Positions 31,171 through 40,980 of a stretch of 64,000 bases of DNA are shown piece by piece. The notes under the pieces are model-generated. The model was given only the letters and a program-made list of their open reading frames with translations. It did no database searches and was not told the origin of the DNA. Origin of the DNA: an uncultured Pelagibacteraceae bacterium (GTDB lineage Bacteria > Pseudomonadota > Alphaproteobacteria > Pelagibacterales > Pelagibacteraceae); the NCBI GenBank assembly GCA_902582605.1, contig CACHSP010000003.1, positions 6,876 to 70,875 on the forward strand, in the 5' to 3' direction. The translations under genes were made by a program, and so were the position numbers. Within the stretch, counting starts at the first letter, position 1. Each line of letters begins with the position of its first letter.

Positions 31171-32124
31171 ATGAATGAACTGACAACAGACCTAAAATCG
31201 CTTCATGAGGCAACTTTAAACAACCTCAAAAGCTCAAAAGCAAATAATACTTTAAGAGCATACAAATCAGATTTTAAAGATTTTGGAGCTTTTTGTGCTA
31301 AGCGTGGTTTGAATTCTTTACCATCAGAGCCAAAAATAGTTTCATTATACCTTACACACCTCTCTAAAAATTCAAAAATTAGCACTTTAAGAAGACGTTT
31401 GGTGTCAATTAGCATGGTTCATAAACTAAAAGGGCATTATCTAGACACTAAACATCCAATCATTGTTGAAAACTTAATGGGAATAAAAAGGGTGAAAGGA
31501 AGCATTCAAAAAGGTAAAAAACCTATATTAATCAGTCATTTAAAATCTATAATTAATGTAATAGATCAACAAAAAATTGAGGATATTAAGAAGTTAAGAG
31601 ACAAGTCAATAATCTTAACTGGCTTTGGAGGTGGATTTAGACGAACTGAGCTTATTTCAATTGATTATGAAGATTTAGAATTTGTACCTGAGGGTCTTAA
31701 AATCACCATTAAAAGATCAAAAACCGATCAATTTGGTGAAGGAATGATTAAAGGACTACCCTACTTTACTAATGAAAATTATTGCCCTGTAGTTAATCTT
31801 AAGAAGTGGCTAGAAATTTCTAAAATTAAATCTGGACCTATTTTTAGAAGATTTTCTAAAGGTTTATCTTTGACAGAAAAAAGATTAACCGACCAATCAG
31901 TAGTTTTATTAATTAAAGAATATCTTAATTTAGCTGGTATTGAGAATAAAAATTTTGCAGGTCATAGTTTAAGATCAGGTTTCGCAACAGTAGCTGCTGA
32001 ATCTGGTGCTGACGAACGTAGTATTATGGCAATGACTGGACATAAAACAACGCAAATGGTCAGAAGATATATTAGAGAAGCAAATATATTTAAAAATAAT
32101 GCATTAAACAAGATTAAGATTTAA
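31171..32124 (+). CDS. Tyrosine recombinase, Cre/TnpS-like
   Basis: N-terminal NTLRAYKSD...STLRRRL; catalytic set FRRTEL, RSKTDQ, GHSLRSG, TGH, RRY. Confidence 0.93.
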   Translation: MNELTTDLKSLHEATLNNLKSSKANNTLRAYKSDFKDFGAFCAKRGLNSLPSEPKIVSLYLTHLSKNSKISTLRRRLVSISMVHKLKGHYLDTKHPIIVENLMGIKRVKGSIQKGKKPILISHLKSIINVIDQQKIEDIKKLRDKSIILTGFGGGFRRTELISIDYEDLEFVPEGLKITIKRSKTDQFGEGMIKGLPYFTNENYCPVVNLKKWLEISKIKSGPIFRRFSKGLSLTEKRLTDQSVVLLIKEYLNLAGIENKNFAGHSLRSGFATVAAESGADERSIMAMTGHKTTQMVRRYIREANIFKNNALNKIKI

Positions 32125-32129
32125 ACTTG

Positions 32130-34229
32130 CTATATCAAAGAAGCTTTTTTTCCGACAGATTTATCAATTATATATTTTGAAATTTTTACTTCATTAAACA
32201 ATTTAAAATATCTTTCCTGACCTTTTTTAGCGATTCTAATTCTTGATTTATCATTTTTTTTATAAAATTTGATTTTTTCAGCAAGATCATCGATGTGATC
32301 ATAAGAAACTATTTCATTTGAATTGAAAAAATTGTTCATTTTTACTTTTTTATCAATAAAAACTAATAATCCGTTTCCCATAAGTGAAGCGATTCTGTTA
32401 CTTGAGTAATGTTTGGTAGGTTCGCCCCTACTGAGATTTAAGGCCATTTTTGAATTAAGTAACGATTTATAAAATTCATTTCCCCAAACAGGTTCTTGTT
32501 TTCCGATTCCATAAAAATCATATTTTATTCCATCCATTTTTTTTATAAGTTTTTCTAAAAAAATGACTCTGTTATCTGTTTTTCCTTCCTTCAACGTTGC
32601 TCTATTAACACCATGACTCATTGCATAAAAAACATCATTTTCTGGTTTTAATTTATAGACATCGAAACATTCAATATTTTTGTCAACAGGTGTCATAAAA
32701 AAGTGGATATTTTGGGTGAATTTTTTTGATGATTTTAAAACAGAAGGATTAGTTGTAATAAATGAATGATCTACCATTGGAAAAAATTTTTTTAATTTAT
32801 TCACGTTTTCCGAGGTATCTGATAAATTTTTCATTAATGGATCTTCATTCCACTGGGAGATAATTATTTTTTTATTAATTGACCTAAAATCAGATAGGAT
32901 TTCATGATTTATGTTATCTGAGTGACCAAAAATAATTAAATCTGGATTATAATTTTTAAAAGTTTCGATTAAATAGTTATGAAATTTATTTTTAAAACTT
33001 AGTAGATTGATACCTTTATTTTGTCTCACATAATCTCTATCACTAATTTCAATTACATCATGACCATTTCGTATAAAACCATTGGTAAATTTTTTACCTA
33101 ACGAAAGATTGTAAATTCTATGATTAAGTTTTTGCGCTAAATTATAAATATTTATAATCCTTAATTTATTGCCATTAATATTAATTTTATTAAAAGGGAA
33201 CAACGAGTTTCTCATCAAATCAATTTTTTGAGAATTTATCTTTAATTTGTGTTTTACAAAATTTTTACTTTTAATTTGAATACGCTTTCTCAATTTATCA
33301 TTTCTAATAAGTTTTATGATTTCATTTTCAATATTTTTTGTATCCAACTTTTTAAGTTTAATTGCATAATCAGTTGTTTCAGGAAGACCCCCGGTATTAG
33401 AAATTATTGTGGCACAGCCACGTGAGGAAGCCTCTAAAGCGGTTCTACCAAATGGCTCTTCCCATCTTGAAGGAATAACAGCAATTTCAGATTTGCTTAA
33501 ATAATCTAAAACTTTATTATGCGGAATTTGACCAAGATCAAACTGTCTTTTATGAGTAGGAAAATTTTGAAATCTTCTTTCCTCACCAATTGAAATAGCA
33601 CGCCATTCATTGTATTGATCTAAGATTTTGAACATTGATTTGCAATACAGATCATATCCTTTAGATTCATTTAATTTTCCTACAAAAATTATTTGTTTAT
33701 TTTTTTTGGTATTTTTTCTTATTGGATCAATACTATGATAAATAATTTGAGTTTTGTTATCTGATAAATTTGGTAAATTTTCAAAAAACTTTTTTTTTAC
33801 CCATTTTGAGATAAAAATAATTTTATCAACATTTTTTAATAGATGGACTCTCTCACTAACTGATTTAGCACCTTTCATCGTAGTTGGGTCATTATGAAAA
33901 TATAAAATAATTTTTGAATTTAATTTTTCAACAAATTCTTTAACCATAATTGGTCTATTATGTAATTCTAAAACATCAAAATTTAAATTTTTGATTTTAT
34001 TAATAATTTTATTTGAATACTCTTTTGTTGTACTATTAAGTTTCGAATTGATATTATCAATATTTATATAATTTTTTGTTAAATAATTTTTATTTTTTGT
34101 ACTACCTATAATGTAAGTATTTTTCTTATATTTAGAATCCCTTACAAAATCACTGATCCATAGAGCAACTGCTCCAGCTCCTTTTAGTGTATAGTTTTCT
34201 TTATATGGTAATATTGATGCAATTTTCAT
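32130..34229 (-). CDS. Two-module glycosyltransferase (GT4 plus CgeB/YkvP-like GT-B domain)
   Basis: FVGKLNESKG, PSRWEEPFGRTALEA; C-terminal SKMALNLSRG, YSSNR. Confidence 0.85.
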   Translation of the reverse strand: MKIASILPYKENYTLKGAGAVALWISDFVRDSKYKKNTYIIGSTKNKNYLTKNYINIDNINSKLNSTTKEYSNKIINKIKNLNFDVLELHNRPIMVKEFVEKLNSKIILYFHNDPTTMKGAKSVSERVHLLKNVDKIIFISKWVKKKFFENLPNLSDNKTQIIYHSIDPIRKNTKKNKQIIFVGKLNESKGYDLYCKSMFKILDQYNEWRAISIGEERRFQNFPTHKRQFDLGQIPHNKVLDYLSKSEIAVIPSRWEEPFGRTALEASSRGCATIISNTGGLPETTDYAIKLKKLDTKNIENEIIKLIRNDKLRKRIQIKSKNFVKHKLKINSQKIDLMRNSLFPFNKININGNKLRIINIYNLAQKLNHRIYNLSLGKKFTNGFIRNGHDVIEISDRDYVRQNKGINLLSFKNKFHNYLIETFKNYNPDLIIFGHSDNINHEILSDFRSINKKIIISQWNEDPLMKNLSDTSENVNKLKKFFPMVDHSFITTNPSVLKSSKKFTQNIHFFMTPVDKNIECFDVYKLKPENDVFYAMSHGVNRATLKEGKTDNRVIFLEKLIKKMDGIKYDFYGIGKQEPVWGNEFYKSLLNSKMALNLSRGEPTKHYSSNRIASLMGNGLLVFIDKKVKMNNFFNSNEIVSYDHIDDLAEKIKFYKKNDKSRIRIAKKGQERYFKLFNEVKISKYIIDKSVGKKASLI

Positions 34230-34230
34230 A

Positions 34231-34479
34231 TTAACCTATACTTAGTAAGTGTTTCCTTTTTTTTTTGTCTTTTTTTAATTTATATTCAAATGACATGGCT
34301 AATCTTTTATCATAAAATCTTTTTTTAAAGATAATTTTCCATTTAAAACCTCGTGTCGACTTTGCTCCTTTGCCAGTATTATGTTTTTTAAGTCTTAAAT
34401 TGAGGTTATTTGTATATCCAACATAAGTTTTGATAATTTTATTATTTACGCTTTTAAGCATATAAACATAAAACATCAT
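34231..34479 (-). CDS. Small GIY-YIG nuclease (YhbQ/Slx1-like)
   Basis: YVYML, TYVGYT, RLKKHNTGKGAKSTR, E..LK. Confidence 0.9.
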   Translation of the reverse strand: MMFYVYMLKSVNNKIIKTYVGYTNNLNLRLKKHNTGKGAKSTRGFKWKIIFKKRFYDKRLAMSFEYKLKKDKKKRKHLLSIG

Positions 34480-34484
34480 AAATG

Positions 34485-34559
34485 TGGCGGTCCCTAGGGG
34501 AATCGAACCCCTCTTTCGAGGATGAAAACCACGTGTCCTAACCGATAGACGAAGGGACC
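34485..34559 (-). tRNA. tRNA-Glu(TTC)
   Basis: Reverse complement GGTCCCT...CGTGG-TTTTCAT-CCTCG...GGTTCGATTCC...CCA. Confidence 0.96.
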
Positions 34560-34604
34560 AAATTCCAGTTTTCTATTGTAAAATCTTATTTTTATCAAGT
34601 GTTA

Positions 34605-34910
34605 TTAAGTTGCATTCTTTTTATTATAATTTAGCAATTCCTTAAATTCTTTTGATGGTTTGAACAAAACAACATCTCTCCCAGAAATTTCTTTTAATTC
34701 TCTTGTTTTTGGATTTCTGCCTACTCTTGATTTTTTTGATCTTATCAAAAAAGTTCCAAATTTAGAAATTTTTACTGTTCTATTTATGCATAAGTTTGAA
34801 ACTATTATGGCAAAAAATTCTTCTATTAAATTTTCTGTAATTTGTTTAGAAAATCCAATTTGCATATATATTGCGTTTACAATATCCTTTTTAGTTAAAT
34901 TAATTCTCAT
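34605..34910 (-). CDS. ihfA: Integration host factor alpha
   Basis: LTKKDIV, VKISKFGTF, RVGRNPKT, FKPS; follows plsX. Confidence 0.88.
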   Translation of the reverse strand: MRINLTKKDIVNAIYMQIGFSKQITENLIEEFFAIIVSNLCINRTVKISKFGTFLIRSKKSRVGRNPKTRELKEISGRDVVLFKPSKEFKELLNYNKKNAT

Positions 34911-34913
34911 TAA

Positions 34914-35915
34914 TCAAATATTTTCTCTGATTTTGTTGATTAAATCACCTTTTACAATTTTACTACATACATCTAATGAATTTGAGAAACCAATAAAATC
35001 TGTTCCGCCGTGACTTTTTACAACGGGAGAGTCTAGGCCAATAAAAATAGCGCCGTTATAAAGCCTTGGATCTAGCCTTTTTTTGAAATTATTCAAATTT
35101 GAGAAATTTAATATTGCCGATAATTTACCTAAAACTGAGTCTTTAAAAACTTTTTTAAGTTCATCTGTAATAAAGTTTGCTGTTCCCTCGGCTGTTTTAA
35201 GTGCAACATTACCCGTAAAACCATCTGAAACAATTACATTAACTCTTCCATCCATAAGCTCATTACCTTCTATATAACCTGAAAAAATAAAATTATTAGA
35301 TTTTTTTTCATTAAGAATTTGAAAAGTTTCTTTAATAACTTCATTACCTTTTAATTCTTCCGAACCAATATTTAATAAGGCTGCATTAGGTGTTTCATTT
35401 GGATAAAGAGACTTATACAAAGATGATCCCATAATTGAAAAATCAACCAAATTTTTTGAGCTACATTCAATATTAGCACCTAAATCTAATACAACACTCA
35501 TGCCTTTTTTGTTTGGCCATAATGCAGATAACGCGGGTTTATCAATATTTTCAATCATTTTAAGATTTAATTTAGCGATAACAAGTAATGCACCAGTATT
35601 TCCTGCAGATATGACAATATCAGTCTCTTTTTTTTTTACACTTTCAATAGCAAGCCACATACTTGTATTTTTGCCTCTTTTGGCAGCTTCAAGTGGACTA
35701 TCTGTACTTTTAACAACATTATCGGTATGTATTACCTCGAAGAAATCACTACTTAATTTACCTTTAATAAGTGACTCAATCTGAATTTTATTACCAAAGA
35801 TCTTAAAATAATTATTTTTATTTGATTTATTATTATGAATAATGCCATCAATGATTTTCTTAGGTGATCCATCACCTCCCATTGCATCGACTGCAATTTT
35901 AGTTAAATTTGACAT
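34914..35915 (-). CDS. plsX: Phosphate acyltransferase PlsX
   Basis: IAVDAMGGD, SAGNTGAL, DLGAN, DGFTGNVALK, VKSHG. Confidence 0.97.
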   Translation of the reverse strand: MSNLTKIAVDAMGGDGSPKKIIDGIIHNNKSNKNNYFKIFGNKIQIESLIKGKLSSDFFEVIHTDNVVKSTDSPLEAAKRGKNTSMWLAIESVKKKETDIVISAGNTGALLVIAKLNLKMIENIDKPALSALWPNKKGMSVVLDLGANIECSSKNLVDFSIMGSSLYKSLYPNETPNAALLNIGSEELKGNEVIKETFQILNEKKSNNFIFSGYIEGNELMDGRVNVIVSDGFTGNVALKTAEGTANFITDELKKVFKDSVLGKLSAILNFSNLNNFKKRLDPRLYNGAIFIGLDSPVVKSHGGTDFIGFSNSLDVCSKIVKGDLINKIRENI

Positions 35916-35926
35916 TTAAATAATAA

Positions 35927-36109
35927 TTATTCTTTTGGGTCTAAAACTTGACGACCTTTGTACATTCCAGTTTTTAAATCTAAATGATGAGATAATCTAT
36001 ATTCACCAGATTTTTTGTCTTCAATCACATTCTTTGATGAGAATTTCATATTCTGCGATCTTCTCTTATTAGTTCTTGACGGCGTTTGTTTTCGTTTGGG
36101 TACAGCCAT
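35927..36109 (-). CDS. rpmF: 50S ribosomal protein L32
   Basis: MAVPKRK...GMYKGRQV. Confidence 0.96.
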   Translation of the reverse strand: MAVPKRKQTPSRTNKRRSQNMKFSSKNVIEDKKSGEYRLSHHLDLKTGMYKGRQVLDPKE

Positions 36110-36111
36110 AA

Positions 36112-36579
36112 TTATGGACTACTTACACTTTTTAAAAAAAAATTCAAAGTTTTTTTCCTCAAATTCAGGGAAAAATCATCAAAATAATCAACTAAATTAT
36201 CTATTTCCTTAAAATCTTCTAAAAAAGAAGATAGTTTTTTTGATTTTTCATTTTTATTAAGTTTATCCCAAAAGTGAATTTCTGAAACAATAGCATGAAA
36301 TAAATTTAGATAAATTTTCATTTTCTTATTAATTGATTGGTCTCCATATCCTATCTCTCGAATACTTAATTCTAATTGTCTAAAGTTAAAGTCATAAATT
36401 CTTTGTAAAATATCTTTATTTTCTTTATTTTTAAAGGTTTTTAAAAAGAAAGCAAAATGTATAAGAAAAAATGTTAACCGATCTGAGAAAATATCTTCTC
36501 GATCAAGAGATTTATATAAGACTTTATTTCTAGAGTAATTGATTAAATTGTTATAAACATTTATATAATTTTCAGACAT
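36112..36579 (-). CDS. Ubiquinol-cytochrome c chaperone (Cbp3-like)
   Basis: [17 protein letters not shown]; start placed at MSENY; divergent from bamE as in alphaproteobacteria. Confidence 0.82.
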   Translation of the reverse strand: MSENYINVYNNLINYSRNKVLYKSLDREDIFSDRLTFFLIHFAFFLKTFKNKENKDILQRIYDFNFRQLELSIREIGYGDQSINKKMKIYLNLFHAIVSEIHFWDKLNKNEKSKKLSSFLEDFKEIDNLVDYFDDFSLNLRKKTLNFFLKSVSSP

Positions 36580-37063
36580 GTTTAAAATATTATATATATT
36601 TTTTTTTGCATTAGTAGTATCAAATTGTTCTTTTAAAAAAGTTGTCAAACATCATGGTGTTCCTTTTCTTGAAAAAAAACAAAAACAATTAATAATAGAT
36701 GAGTCTACTAGTAATGATATAAGAAGGATTCTTGGAACTCCGTCAACTCGAAGTAAATTTGATAATGATGTGTGGATATATATCGAGAGAAAACAAACTC
36801 AATCTAGATTAAGAAATTTAGGTAGAATGAAAATTTTTAAGAATGATGTCCTTGTTCTTGAAATCGATAATTACGGCCTTCTCAAAAAAAAAGAATTTTA
36901 TAATATGGAAGATATGAATAAAATTAAAGTTGTAGAGGATACAACACAGGCTAGTTTTGCCAGAAACTCTTTTATTTACGATTTCATGTCTAGTATGCGA
37001 CTAAAAATTAATGACCCTCTTGGTGTGAGGGCCAAAAAAAGAAAAGAAATTAGCCAGCGATAA
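36578..37063 (+). CDS. bamE: Outer membrane protein assembly factor BamE
   Basis: Lipobox VSNC, HHG, ILGTPS, WIYI. Confidence 0.87.
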   Translation: MFKILYIFFFALVVSNCSFKKVVKHHGVPFLEKKQKQLIIDESTSNDIRRILGTPSTRSKFDNDVWIYIERKQTQSRLRNLGRMKIFKNDVLVLEIDNYGLLKKKEFYNMEDMNKIKVVEDTTQASFARNSFIYDFMSSMRLKINDPLGVRAKKRKEISQR

Positions 37064-39155
37064 CTGCTAATAAAAGTAAAGCAACAATATTCGTTATTTT
37101 AATCATTGGATTTACTGCTGGACCTGCGGTATCTTTGTATGGGTCACCCACTGTATCACCTGTCACTGCCGCTTTATGAGCTTCTGACCCTTTTCCACCA
37201 TGATTTCCATCTTCTATATATTTTTTAGCATTATCCCAAGCACCACCACCTGCAGTCATAGAAACTGCAACAAATAGTCCAGTAATAATAACACCCAACA
37301 ACATTGCTCCAACAGATGCTAATGCAGCAACTTGTCCACCAATTGCAAATATAATCAAATATAGAACGATTGGTGACAAGACAGGTAATAATGATGGAAT
37401 AATCATTTCTTTTATTGCTGCGACAGTTAATAGATCAACTAATTTAGCATAGTCAGGTTTTTGTTTTCTTTTCATAATACCCGGATATTTTCTAAATTGT
37501 CTTCTAACTTCTATTACAACAGCACCACCTGCTCTTCCAACAGCTTGCATACCCATAGATCCAAATAAATAAGGTAACATTCCACCAATTAATAAACCAA
37601 CAACAACATATGGGTTTGATAAATCAAAAGTTACAACTATTCCCTCTAATTTTGATCCAACTTCTTTTGAAAAATGTTTGATATCTTCTGTGTATGCCGC
37701 AAATAGAACTAGAGCACCTAATCCCGCAGAACCAATAGCGTATCCTTTTGTTACTGCTTTTGTTGTATTACCAACAGCATCTAATGCATCAGTTGTTTTT
37801 CTTACATTATTTGGCAATTTAGACATTTCAGCAATACCACCTGCATTATCTGTTACAGGTCCATAAGCATCTAGTGCTACAACCATTCCTGCTAATGCTA
37901 ACATAGTTGTTACGGCGATTGCTATACCATATAAACCAGCGATATGATTAGTCAGCAAAATACCAGCAACAATTATTAAAGCTGGTATAGCTGTAGCCTC
38001 TAATGATATTGCTAAGCCTTGGATTACGTTAGTCCCATGTCCCGTTGTAGAAGAACTTGCAACACTTTTTACAGGTCTATAATTAGTTCCTGTATAATAT
38101 TCAGTTACCCAAATTAGCAATCCTGTAATAACCAATCCTATCACTCCACAATAATATAAGCTCATTCCTGAAAATGATTTGTTATTTAAATCATAAGAAT
38201 TTTCTAAACCTAAAACGTAATCAGTGACTGGATATAAAATAACTAAGGAAGCTAAAGCTGATACAACAAACCCTTTGTACAAGGCTCCCATAACATTTTT
38301 GCTTCTACCAAGTTTAACGAAAAAAGTTCCAATAATTGAGGTTAAAATACATGCTCCACCAATTGTTAGTGGATAAATCATCATTGATAAATCTCCTGGA
38401 AAAAATATTGAGGATAATACCATTGTTGCAACAATGGTTACTGCATAAGTTTCAAATAAATCTGCAGCCATTCCAGCGCAATCACCCACGTTATCTCCAA
38501 CATTGTCAGCTATTACTGCTGGATTTCTTGGGTCATCTTCAGGTATTCCAGCTTCAACTTTACCAACTAAATCAGCTCCAACATCAGCACCCTTAGTGAA
38601 AATACCTCCACCAAGTCTTGCAAAAATAGAAATTAATGATGCACCAAACCCAAGAGCAACTAATGCATTAACAATTTCTCTTTCATCAACATTAAATTTT
38701 AATAACAAATAATAATAAACAGCAATTGATAACAAGGCTAAACCAGCAACTAACATTCCAGTAACAGCTCCAGATTTAAAAGCTACAGACAAACCACTAG
38801 CCAATCCTTTTCTAGATGCTTCAGCCGTCCTAACATTTGCTTGCACTGAAACTAACATCCCAACATATCCAGCTATACCTGATAAAGTTGCACCAATAAG
38901 GTAGCCCAAACCAACAAGCATACTAAAAGCGAAACTTACAACAACTAAAACAACAACACCAACAATAGCAATTGTTTTGTATTGTCTGGCGAGATATGCT
39001 TTTGCACCGATTTGGATTGCTGATGCAATATCTTGCATCTTAGGATTTCCAGCACTTGAATTTAAAATATTTTTTCCAGTTAAATATCCATAAACTATAG
39101 ATAATAATCCAGCACCAATAGTATATAAAAGAATAGTCTCGATGGTTGAAGTCAT
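37050..39155 (-). CDS. hppA: Membrane H+-translocating pyrophosphatase, K+-independent signature
   Basis: [41 protein letters not shown]. Confidence 0.96.
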   Translation of the reverse strand: MTSTIETILLYTIGAGLLSIVYGYLTGKNILNSSAGNPKMQDIASAIQIGAKAYLARQYKTIAIVGVVVLVVVSFAFSMLVGLGYLIGATLSGIAGYVGMLVSVQANVRTAEASRKGLASGLSVAFKSGAVTGMLVAGLALLSIAVYYYLLLKFNVDEREIVNALVALGFGASLISIFARLGGGIFTKGADVGADLVGKVEAGIPEDDPRNPAVIADNVGDNVGDCAGMAADLFETYAVTIVATMVLSSIFFPGDLSMMIYPLTIGGACILTSIIGTFFVKLGRSKNVMGALYKGFVVSALASLVILYPVTDYVLGLENSYDLNNKSFSGMSLYYCGVIGLVITGLLIWVTEYYTGTNYRPVKSVASSSTTGHGTNVIQGLAISLEATAIPALIIVAGILLTNHIAGLYGIAIAVTTMLALAGMVVALDAYGPVTDNAGGIAEMSKLPNNVRKTTDALDAVGNTTKAVTKGYAIGSAGLGALVLFAAYTEDIKHFSKEVGSKLEGIVVTFDLSNPYVVVGLLIGGMLPYLFGSMGMQAVGRAGGAVVIEVRRQFRKYPGIMKRKQKPDYAKLVDLLTVAAIKEMIIPSLLPVLSPIVLYLIIFAIGGQVAALASVGAMLLGVIITGLFVAVSMTAGGGAWDNAKKYIEDGNHGGKGSEAHKAAVTGDTVGDPYKDTAGPAVNPMIKITNIVALLLLAVIAG

Positions 39156-39237
39156 ATAAGCCTTAATTATGTTGTTGGTTGTTAGTTATTAAAAATCGGA
39201 CAATACAAAAAAAGCTATAAAAGGCAATAAATAACTT

Positions 39238-40197
39238 TTAAAAATTGTGAAAATGACCTTTATTTTTAATGGCAATTTTATTCCCTTTTTCATCAATAAT
39301 TTGTGATTTTTGAGCACCCGAAGAAATATTTCCAATTTTTGAAATCTTAATGCCTAAAGATTTAAACGTTCTTTTGATGATTCTGGACTTTTTTTTCGAG
39401 GCAGTAAATAATATTTGATAATCATCTCCTTTAGATATGAAGTTAATCTTTTTTAATTTCTTTGAAAGTATTATTTTTTTCAGATTTTCAGAAATTGGAA
39501 TATTAGATATATTAACTTTATAAGATAATTTTTGTTTATTAATTAATTTATCTAAATCAGCAAAAAGACCATCAGAAATATCTATTGAGGTATTCGCAAA
39601 ATTAAATAATTTTTTTGTTAAATTAATATGTAATTCTGGAAGATAATATTTATTAAGAAAATATTTATTGAGATCTTTTTTAAAAGAGAACTTTTTTTTT
39701 AATATTTCTAAGCCCATGCTGCTATCACCTAAGTTACCCGTTACATAAATGTCGTCATTAAATTTTGCTTTGTTTCTAAATATTATATTTGAGGAAAAAC
39801 CAACAGAAATTATTGTAAAGCTCAATTTGTTTGAAAAGACAGTGTCCCCCCCTGAAATATGAATTCCAAATTTTTTTTGTTCTTGTTTTAGTGATTGAGA
39901 AATTTTACTTAAATTAAATTTTGTAAATGTTTTTTTATTTCCAGATCCTGAAATAAAATAGTATTTTGGTTTAACACCTTTGCATATCAAATCAGAAATA
40001 GAGGATCTTAGAATTTTTTTAATAACTAAATCAGGATTTTTAAAATCAAAAAAATGCGATTTATCTATATAAGTATCTACAGAAATAACTAATTTTTTTG
40101 ATTTATCGAAAAAAACATCATCATTTAATTTGAGTGAATTTTTATTATTTAAAGAGAGTTTTGAAAAATATTTTTTGATTATTTCAAATTCATGCAT
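39238..40197 (-). CDS. thiL: Thiamine-phosphate kinase
   Basis: EFEII, SDL, GGDT, VTGNLG, DISDGL, GDDYQILFT. Confidence 0.92.
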   Translation of the reverse strand: MHEFEIIKKYFSKLSLNNKNSLKLNDDVFFDKSKKLVISVDTYIDKSHFFDFKNPDLVIKKILRSSISDLICKGVKPKYYFISGSGNKKTFTKFNLSKISQSLKQEQKKFGIHISGGDTVFSNKLSFTIISVGFSSNIIFRNKAKFNDDIYVTGNLGDSSMGLEILKKKFSFKKDLNKYFLNKYYLPELHINLTKKLFNFANTSIDISDGLFADLDKLINKQKLSYKVNISNIPISENLKKIILSKKLKKINFISKGDDYQILFTASKKKSRIIKRTFKSLGIKISKIGNISSGAQKSQIIDEKGNKIAIKNKGHFHNF

Positions 40198-40594
40198 TTG
40201 TTGATCTTAATTTTTTTGCAGCATTATCTAATAATGCATTTAGATATTTTGTTTGAGAGTCATTCAAAAAGAGATTAGATGCGTCTAGATATTCTTTAAT
40301 GATTATCCTTATTGATACATTAGGTTTATATAAAATTTCATATGTTGCAGATTTTAAGATAACTTGAAATATCTTATCTAATTTAAATAAATTGAAATTA
40401 TCTCCTAAATTTTTATCTAATTCATCTACTATTATCTCATTTCGTTCAATTGTGCCTAAAACAATATCCTTAATAAATTTTTTAAACCTATGTTTTGGAA
40501 ATTCTATTTTGTCATCGTTATTAAACAAAACACCATATAATTTTTGAATAATAATAACTCTAGGGTTATTTTTTGGGCTATACTTTGGTTTCAT
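40190..40594 (-). CDS. nusB: Transcription antitermination factor NusB (divergent)
   Basis: ILKSATYE, IIKEY, YLNALLD; ribH-nusB-thiL synteny. Confidence 0.85.
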   Translation of the reverse strand: MKPKYSPKNNPRVIIIQKLYGVLFNNDDKIEFPKHRFKKFIKDIVLGTIERNEIIVDELDKNLGDNFNLFKLDKIFQVILKSATYEILYKPNVSIRIIIKEYLDASNLFLNDSQTKYLNALLDNAAKKLRSTNA

Positions 40595-40980
40595 TTTTGA
40601 GATAAAACTGAAACAACAGCTTTCGCTGCCTCAGCACCCTTTTTTTTTCTGTCCTTTGCTTGTTTTAAATTTAAACAAGTTAGAATTCCATTTCCTATGG
40701 GTTTTTTTGAATTAATAGCTAAATCCATAATAGCGTTAGTTGAGGATTGAGATATGAAATCAAAATGTGGAGTCTGACCTTTAATAACACATCCAAGTGC
40801 AATAAAAGCATCAAATTTTTTTAAATGTTTTGAGATGGTTACAGGTATTTCAAATACCCCAGGAACTTTAATTATCTTTATATTAAAATTTCTTGGAAGG
40901 TTTTTTTTTGCACTATTTAACAAACCCAAAGAAATATCTTTATAATAATTTGCTGAGACTATTAAAATTTTTTTCATCAA
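40591..40980 (-). CDS. ribH: Lumazine synthase
   Basis: VPGVFEIP, ALGCVIKGQTPHFD, GNGILT. Confidence 0.96.
   Translation of the reverse strand: MMKKILIVSANYYKDISLGLLNSAKKNLPRNFNIKIIKVPGVFEIPVTISKHLKKFDAFIALGCVIKGQTPHFDFISQSSTNAIMDLAINSKKPIGNGILTCLNLKQAKDRKKKGAEAAKAVVSVLSQK

Noticed and set aside
29893-34559. Prophage or genomic island integrated at tRNA-Glu
   Set aside because: No duplicated tRNA 3' end seen, no phage or conjugation genes, and the recombinase is Cre-like and not adjacent to the tRNA
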